Part shown: in pieces, positions 54,105 to 59,688 of the stretch
How the letters are laid out: each line of letters begins with the position of its first letter
How positions within the stretch are numbered: position 1 is the first letter of the stretch
NCBI GenBank assembly: GCA_046754465.1
Contig: JBHHVU010000015.1
Location: 1 to 59,688 of the forward strand
Reading direction: 5' to 3'
DNA: 59,688 nucleotides
Origin: Nitrospinaceae bacterium
GTDB lineage: Bacteria; Nitrospinota; Nitrospinia; Nitrospinales; VA-1
Position numbers and translations under genes: made by a program
The notes under the pieces: model-generated
Seen by the model: only the letters and a program-made list of their open reading frames with translations
What the model was told of the DNA's origin: nothing
Database searches by the model: none

Positions 54105-55385
54105 TTACGGATACAGTCCGCGCACCTTCATGGCTTCCGCCACCCGGTTCACCCCGATCATCAGGGCGGCGGTCCGCATTCCCACTTTTTCCTTTTGATG
54201 GAGGGCACATGTTTCCTCGAACGCGCGGTTCATGATTTTTCCCATGCGGTGATAAATTTCGTCCACCTCCCAGAAAAAATTCTGCATGTCTTGAACCCAC
54301 TCGAAATAGGAGACCACCACCCCGCCGGAATTGGAAAGTATATCCGGAAGGATGAAGATGCCTTTTTCTTCCAGAATTCGCTCCCCTTCCATGGTGGTGG
54401 GGCCGTTGGCCCCCTCCGCATAAATTTTGCATTGGATTTTATCCGCGTTTTTTCCCGTCACCTGGTTCTCCAGGGCCGCTAGAACCAGGACATCGCATGG
54501 GAGCTCAAGGAGATCCGCATTGGATATTTTTTCCACACCCGAAAAGTTTTCCATGTGCCGGTCGTTCAAGGAATGCTGGTGCAGGGGGTCGATGGGGATG
54601 CCGTTCGGATTATAGGCTCCCCCGAGGGAGTTGCTGATCGCAATGACCCGGGCTCCCATGCGTTGCAAAAAAACGGCTGTGAAATATCCGACATTGCCGA
54701 AACCCTGGATGGCCACCGTGGCATTTTCCAACGGTAGATTAATTTTTTTCGCGGCGTTGGCTATGGTGTTGGCCACGCCCATTCCCGTCGCCTCCATGCG
54801 CCCCAGGGATCCCCCCATGATTTCCGGTTTTCCTGTAACCACTCCCATGGTGTGAAAGCCCGTCTGCATACTGTAAGTATCCATGATCCAGGCCATGGTT
54901 TGCTGATTGGTTCCGACATCGGGAGCCGGAACATCCTTTTCGGGACCGATGATGGGGAAGATACTTGCGGTATACCTGCGCGTCAGATTCTCCAGTTCCC
55001 TCTGTGAAAGAATTTTTGGGTCGCAGCGGACCCCTCCCTTGGCACCCCCCAGGGGAATGTTCATCAAACCTCCCTTCCAGGTCATCCAGGTCGCCAGGGC
55101 AGTCACCTCCCCGAGATTGACGTTGGGATGATACCGGATTCCACCCTTTCCCGGTCCCAGTGCCGTGTTGTGTTGAACCCGGTACCCATAAAAAACTTGC
55201 ATGGATCCGTCATCCATGCGTACGGGAAGGGAAACCAACATGCAGCGGTCTGGACTGATCATCCATTCCATAATATCCTGCGAGAGGTGCAACAACTCCG
55301 CGGCATGGTAAAATTGTTTCATGGCCATTTCATAAATGGGCGAAATATATTCCGGGTTGACTCTTTTTTCGATGACTGGCTTCAT
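54105..55385 (-). CDS. gdhA: Glu/Leu/Phe/Val dehydrogenase (glutamate dehydrogenase)
   Basis: GPGKGGIRY, MTWK, GGAKGG, VPAPD, QGFGNVG, EGANGP, SYFEWVQ. Confidence 0.93.
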   Translation of the reverse strand: MKPVIEKRVNPEYISPIYEMAMKQFYHAAELLHLSQDIMEWMISPDRCMLVSLPVRMDDGSMQVFYGYRVQHNTALGPGKGGIRYHPNVNLGEVTALATWMTWKGGLMNIPLGGAKGGVRCDPKILSQRELENLTRRYTASIFPIIGPEKDVPAPDVGTNQQTMAWIMDTYSMQTGFHTMGVVTGKPEIMGGSLGRMEATGMGVANTIANAAKKINLPLENATVAIQGFGNVGYFTAVFLQRMGARVIAISNSLGGAYNPNGIPIDPLHQHSLNDRHMENFSGVEKISNADLLELPCDVLVLAALENQVTGKNADKIQCKIYAEGANGPTTMEGERILEEKGIFILPDILSNSGGVVVSYFEWVQDMQNFFWEVDEIYHRMGKIMNRAFEETCALHQKEKVGMRTAALMIGVNRVAEAMKVRGLYP

Positions 55386-55519
55386 GGCGGGCTCTCCCGT
55401 GAATTATCCGGTACTTGGTAAAAGACTGGCCCTGTTTGGCAATTTCAGGGTTTCCGGGGGTCTGGTGGATTTGTTACTATGCAACTTTACTACAAATCTT
55501 CTTTTGTTTTAATTGATTT

Positions 55520-56518
55520 ATGCGAGTCTTAGTGACGGGCGGGGGCGGCTTCCTTGGCAGCAGGATCGCGAAAAGACTCCTTCAACGGGGAGACGAGGTT
55601 GCCATTCTGGGGAGAAGAAAATATCCTCGAATGGATGCAAATATAGAATGTTTCCAAACGGATATTCGCGACCGACAGGCGGTTTTCGATGCACTCCGGG
55701 GCTGCCACACGGTCTTTCACACGGCGGCACTTCCGGGAATCTGGGGAGAACCGGATGAATTTTACGGCATCAATGTAACCGGGACTCAAAATGTGATCGA
55801 CGGATGCCTCGAACACTCGGTAAAGAAACTGGTCTTTACCAGTTCGCCCAGTGTCGTGTTCGATGATACCGATCTTGAAAATGTGGATGAGGACACGCCC
55901 TACCCGGAATCCTACTCCTGTGTCTATCCCCGCACCAAAGCAATCGCCGAACGATTGGTTCGGAAAGCCAATGGGAACGTTGGATTGTCCACGGTCTCCT
56001 TGCGCCCGCATCTGATCTGGGGGGAAGGGGATCCCCATCTGGTGCCGCGCATTCTGGACCGGGCGCGGAAGGGCCGGCTGGTCCGGGTAGGAAGCGGCAA
56101 AAACCGCGTCGATATCATTTATATCGCCAATGCCGTGGAAGCCCACATCCTGGCATGTGATGCCTTGGAGCGGGGGTCCCCGGTGGCGGGAAATTGTTAT
56201 TTTATCAGTGACGGAAAACCGGTCGTGTTGTGGGATTGGATCGGCCAGGTGCTGTGCCGGCTCGGCCGCCCGCCCGTGACACGGTCGATGTCTTACCGGT
56301 CGGCGCGAGTGCTGGGAGCTTTTCTGGAAATGATGTACCGGGCCCTCGCAATACGGCGGGAACCCCCCATGACCCGGTTCGTTGCGGCGCAGCTGGCCAC
56401 CTCCCATTACTTCAATATATCCCGGGCCAGAACGGATTTTGGGTATGCACCGGTGGTGAGCCAGGAAGAGGGGATGCAAAACCTCATCCGGTATTTTCAG
56501 GCTCGCCCAGAAGGTTGA
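55520..56518 (+). CDS. NAD-dependent 3-beta-HSD-family reductase, OleD-like
   Basis: TGGGGFLG, SSPSVVF, YPRTK, LRPHLIWGEGDPHLVPR, EPPMTRF.A.QL. Confidence 0.85.
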   Translation: MRVLVTGGGGFLGSRIAKRLLQRGDEVAILGRRKYPRMDANIECFQTDIRDRQAVFDALRGCHTVFHTAALPGIWGEPDEFYGINVTGTQNVIDGCLEHSVKKLVFTSSPSVVFDDTDLENVDEDTPYPESYSCVYPRTKAIAERLVRKANGNVGLSTVSLRPHLIWGEGDPHLVPRILDRARKGRLVRVGSGKNRVDIIYIANAVEAHILACDALERGSPVAGNCYFISDGKPVVLWDWIGQVLCRLGRPPVTRSMSYRSARVLGAFLEMMYRALAIRREPPMTRFVAAQLATSHYFNISRARTDFGYAPVVSQEEGMQNLIRYFQARPEG

Positions 56519-57254
56519 TCTTATGAGCAAGGCATCCGGCTCCGAAACCGTTGTCGATGTTGACCGTTGCGATTCCCGCGGCGCAGCTGTTGAGCATGGT
56601 CAACAGGGCCGATAAGCCCTTGAACGAGGCGCCATAACCGACGCTTGTAGGCAGGGCGATGACGGGTTTTTCAACCAGTCCGCCCACCACGCTTGCCAGT
56701 GCACCATCCATTCCCGCCACCGCTACCACCACACGGGCCTCCCACAGTTTGTCGATGCTGTTGAACAAGCGATGAATTCCCGCCACCCCCACATCGAATA
56801 CTTTTTCCACCCGGCTGCCCAGCAAGTCCGCCGTAAGCGCCGCTTCCTCGGCCACGGGAATATCCGACGTTCCGGCGGTGACCACAAGGATCCGCCCGGC
56901 GGCTTTGGTTTTTTTCGATTTCCGTATGACCAGGACGCGGGCCGATTCGTGATACACCGCCTTGGCTGGCAGTTGACGCTTCATACTTGTGAAAACTTCA
57001 GGGGACAGCTTGGTGGCCAGGATATCGCTTCCCGCCCGGATCATTTTTTTTATGATGAGGGACACCTGAGCGGTCGATTTCCCTTCACAATAAATCACTT
57101 CCGGCATTCCGCTCCTGATGGACCGGTGGTGATCGATGCGCGCGAATCCCAGGTTTTCAAAGGGCATTTTTTTAAGAAGCTGGAAACCTTCTTCCGGAGT
57201 GATTTTCCTTGCCTGGATATCGGATAACAATTTTTTCAAGGCGTTCGAATTCAT
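56484..57254 (-). CDS. larB: nickel-pincer cofactor biosynthesis protein LarB (PurE-like)
   Basis: FARIDHHR..R.G.PEVIY.EGK, AGTSDIPVAEEA, DVGVAGIHR, AGMDGAL, PTSVGYG, LNSCA, NIDNGFGA. Confidence 0.95.
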   Translation of the reverse strand: MNSNALKKLLSDIQARKITPEEGFQLLKKMPFENLGFARIDHHRSIRSGMPEVIYCEGKSTAQVSLIIKKMIRAGSDILATKLSPEVFTSMKRQLPAKAVYHESARVLVIRKSKKTKAAGRILVVTAGTSDIPVAEEAALTADLLGSRVEKVFDVGVAGIHRLFNSIDKLWEARVVVAVAGMDGALASVVGGLVEKPVIALPTSVGYGASFKGLSALLTMLNSCAAGIATVNIDNGFGAGCLAHKINLLGEPENTG

Positions 57255-58273
57255 TGGAATCCTTTGACGCCTGCGAATTCGGTATAAATTTTTACATTCA
57301 TCAGGTCTTCCAGCGCTTTCTGGGGAGGTTTTTCTTCGTGGAGAACGCGGTAGGTCTCCTCGATGATGGCGGCCTGGATTTTCATCTTGTTTTTCAGGGC
57401 ATAAGCGGATTTAACGGTGCGGATCCCTTCCGCAACCATTTTCATATCCCGGGTAATATCCTTCAACTTTTGGCCCTGGCCCAGCTTGATGCCGACATTC
57501 CGGTTGCGGCTGAGGTCTCCCGTACAGGTGAGGACCAGGTCGCCCATCCCGGAAAGGCCGGAGAAAGTTTCCGGCCTGGCCCCCTGGGCCGTGCCGATTC
57601 GTGTCATTTCCACAAGACCCCGGGTGATCAGGGCCGCTCGGGTATTGTATCCCAATTGCATCCCATCGGAAATGCCGGTCGCGATGGCGATGACGTTTTT
57701 CAAGGCACCCCCGATTTCCACTCCAAGCGGATCGGTGCTGGTGAAGACTTTTAGAGTGGAATTGGAAAAAATTCCCTGCACCCGCTTGGCGGTTTCCAGG
57801 GTTTCGGCCGCCGCGACGAGCGCGGAAGGAGCCCCCCCGGCGATTTCCTTGGCGAACGTGGGACCCGAAATCGAGGCCAGGGAAACTCCCCCTTCCAGGA
57901 CCTGATTCAAAATTTGACAGACGGTGCAAAGGGTTTCGTTTTCGATGCCTTTGCTCGCGTTGATGACCAGGCATTTTGGATCCAGGTAAGGAGCGATTCG
58001 AGAAACCGTCTCCCGCATCACATGCGTGGGCACTGCCAGGAGGATCACCGATTTTCCCCGGACCGCCTCTTCCAGAACGGGGGTAGGATGAATTCGTTCA
58101 GGCAGGAAAAATCCCGGAAGAAAAACCGTGTTTTCCCTTTTCTCTTTCAGGATGACACACAATTCCTTTTCAAAGACCCAAAGGGAGATGTCGAATCCTT
58201 TCCGGGTCAGCATGAGGGCCAGGGCGGTTCCCCAGCTTCCGGCCCCAACAATCGCGATTTTTTCTATTGCCAT
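57251..58273 (-). CDS. gpsA: NAD(P)H-dependent glycerol-3-phosphate dehydrogenase
   Basis: GAGSWGTALA, SKGIE, SGPTFA, LKNVIAI, GDLVLTC..SRN. Confidence 0.97.
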   Translation of the reverse strand: MAIEKIAIVGAGSWGTALALMLTRKGFDISLWVFEKELCVILKEKRENTVFLPGFFLPERIHPTPVLEEAVRGKSVILLAVPTHVMRETVSRIAPYLDPKCLVINASKGIENETLCTVCQILNQVLEGGVSLASISGPTFAKEIAGGAPSALVAAAETLETAKRVQGIFSNSTLKVFTSTDPLGVEIGGALKNVIAIATGISDGMQLGYNTRAALITRGLVEMTRIGTAQGARPETFSGLSGMGDLVLTCTGDLSRNRNVGIKLGQGQKLKDITRDMKMVAEGIRTVKSAYALKNKMKIQAAIIEETYRVLHEEKPPQKALEDLMNVKIYTEFAGVKGFQ

Positions 58274-58513
58274 GGAAAATTATTGATGTTCAAGATATTT
58301 TCGATATTTAGAACCACCGGGTCCCTTGCATTATAACCAATTTACCCGGCCTTGGAATAAGTCATTTTGGGGTGGGGGAGGGGAGGGAAAAACCCTTGTA
58401 TGTGAAATTCCTTTATGCTTAAATTGAAATAACCGTTTGACTATTTTGATTTTTCCGAGACCCGTCACATCGGTTTACTCCATTTTCCCCTGACTTCTCT
58501 TTCCTGGATAGAT

Positions 58514-59203
58514 ATGGCTCGACGCGTAAGAACCACCCGAAAAGAATTACTGAAGGAACCCGACCAGTTCTTAACGGCTTCCGAGAAAATCGCCTTCTAT
58601 TTTTCAGAGCACGGGCCCCTTATCATCGCCTTGGCCACGATAATTGTTCTGTCCCTTGCCGGAGGGCTCGGGTACCAATATTACCGGGACGCAAACCGGT
58701 TGAAGATGGAAAAGTTGTACTTCGACATGGTCAAGATCCAGGAACAGAATTCTGAAAAAAATCCGCTGGAGAAAGTCGCGAAACTCGAAAAATTAATGGC
58801 GCAATTCCAGGAGGGGCCGCAAAAAGAACGCGCCCGGCTGCTTCTTGCGGGTGGGTATTTCCAAAATGATCAATTCGACCGGGCCATCCAGGTTTATTCC
58901 GAAATTACCCAGGCCACCGAACCGGGACAACTGCAACACGAGTTGGCCCGGTTGGGTCTCGCCAATTCCTATGAAAGTAAAAAGGATTATAAAAAAGCCG
59001 TTGAAGCCTACAAATCCATCATTCAGAATGCGGGGGATTACCCCCTGTTTAATGTATATCTTGGCCTGGCCAGGTGTTATGAATTGGATAAAGATTTCAA
59101 AAATGCGCTTTTGGTTTTACGAGAGATCAAGGAAAAATATTCCGGTCATCCTCAACTCGAATTGGTGGAATGGCGTATTAAAAAATTAAGCGCCGGGGCT
59201 TGA
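58514..59203 (+). CDS. YfgM-like membrane-anchored TPR protein
   Basis: RKELLKEPDQF, one TM, TPR helices. Confidence 0.85.
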   Translation: MARRVRTTRKELLKEPDQFLTASEKIAFYFSEHGPLIIALATIIVLSLAGGLGYQYYRDANRLKMEKLYFDMVKIQEQNSEKNPLEKVAKLEKLMAQFQEGPQKERARLLLAGGYFQNDQFDRAIQVYSEITQATEPGQLQHELARLGLANSYESKKDYKKAVEAYKSIIQNAGDYPLFNVYLGLARCYELDKDFKNALLVLREIKEKYSGHPQLELVEWRIKKLSAGA

Positions 59204-59226
59204 GTCCCTGCGAAAGTCTCTCAGCT

Positions 59227-59688
59227 ATGTTTTTTAAAAAAACATTGGATCCCAGGGCCCTTTCGGCGGCCCTGATTTTCTTCTGGGGGATTTTTCTGAT
59301 TGTCCCGCCACCTGTCCTCAGCATTCCCTTCATAACGAAAGAAACTGAAATTTCCATGGGCAAGGGAGCCGACCAGCAGGTCGTCCAGCAATATGGTATT
59401 TACCAGGACAAATCCCTTCAACTTTATGTCAATTCGATTGGGCAAAAACTGGTATCGAATCTTTCCGACAAAGTGTTCCGGCGCTTTTTTTTCAAGGTGG
59501 TGGACAGTCCGGAAATCAACGCGTTCGCCCTTCCCGGGGGGTACGTTTACGTGACCCGGGGAATTTTAGCCTCTTTAAACAGTGAGGCGGAACTGGCGTG
59601 CGTTTTGGGACATGAAATCGGCCACGTCATCCTCCATCACGGCGCCAAACTTTTGGTCCGCAATATCGGGGCGCAGATTTTGAGTATC
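59227..59688 (+). CDS. M48 family metallopeptidase (BepA/YfgC-like), truncated by window end
   Basis: own translation from ATG59227: signal-like N-terminus, EISMG, INAFALPGGYVYVTRG, EAELACVLGHEIGHV; no stop before the window end. Confidence 0.92.
   Translation, partial: MFFKKTLDPRALSAALIFFWGIFLIVPPPVLSIPFITKETEISMGKGADQQVVQQYGIYQDKSLQLYVNSIGQKLVSNLSDKVFRRFFFKVVDSPEINAFALPGGYVYVTRGILASLNSEAELACVLGHEIGHVILHHGAKLLVRNIGAQILSI

Noticed and set aside
55529..56530. 333-aa antisense ORF
   Set aside because: Mirror of the OleD-like gene with no motifs.

Overview
A gene-dense, mostly housekeeping bacterial chromosomal segment of roughly 50% GC (judged by eye). Gene content suggests a Nitrospina/Nitrospinota-like organism (inference: split b6-type cytochrome b with an octaheme cytochrome c, an SmbP-like protein, several FGE-sulfatase-domain proteins). 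The first 54 nt are the 3' end (domain V 3' arm and domain VI) of a group II intron, probably class IIC. Main blocks in order: SmbP-like protein; rhodanese plus Rieske ferredoxin; aguB-aguA; mfd, two PPIases, tilS, ftsH, folP, pdxJ; gap-tpiA-secG-tRNA-Leu(GAG); a diguanylate cyclase; a degenerate lipoamide-dehydrogenase-like flavoprotein; a Rieske/cytochrome b complex with an octaheme cytochrome c; metF; FGE, LRR, SLT-FimV and Mo-oxidoreductase genes; a three-gene multidomain glycosyltransferase cluster; a displaced, enlarged pgk; rne; HmuY plus FGE lipoprotein; ftsE-ftsX-envC-ctpA; tsaD; gdh; an oleD-like gene; larB-gpsA; a YfgM-like protein; and a truncated M48 peptidase. No CRISPR array, rRNA, transposase or prophage was seen. 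The most interesting candidates are the extended Rieske/cytb locus, the intron end, the HmuY-FGE pair and the glycosyltransferase cluster. Family assignments come from motifs read by eye, not from database searches.
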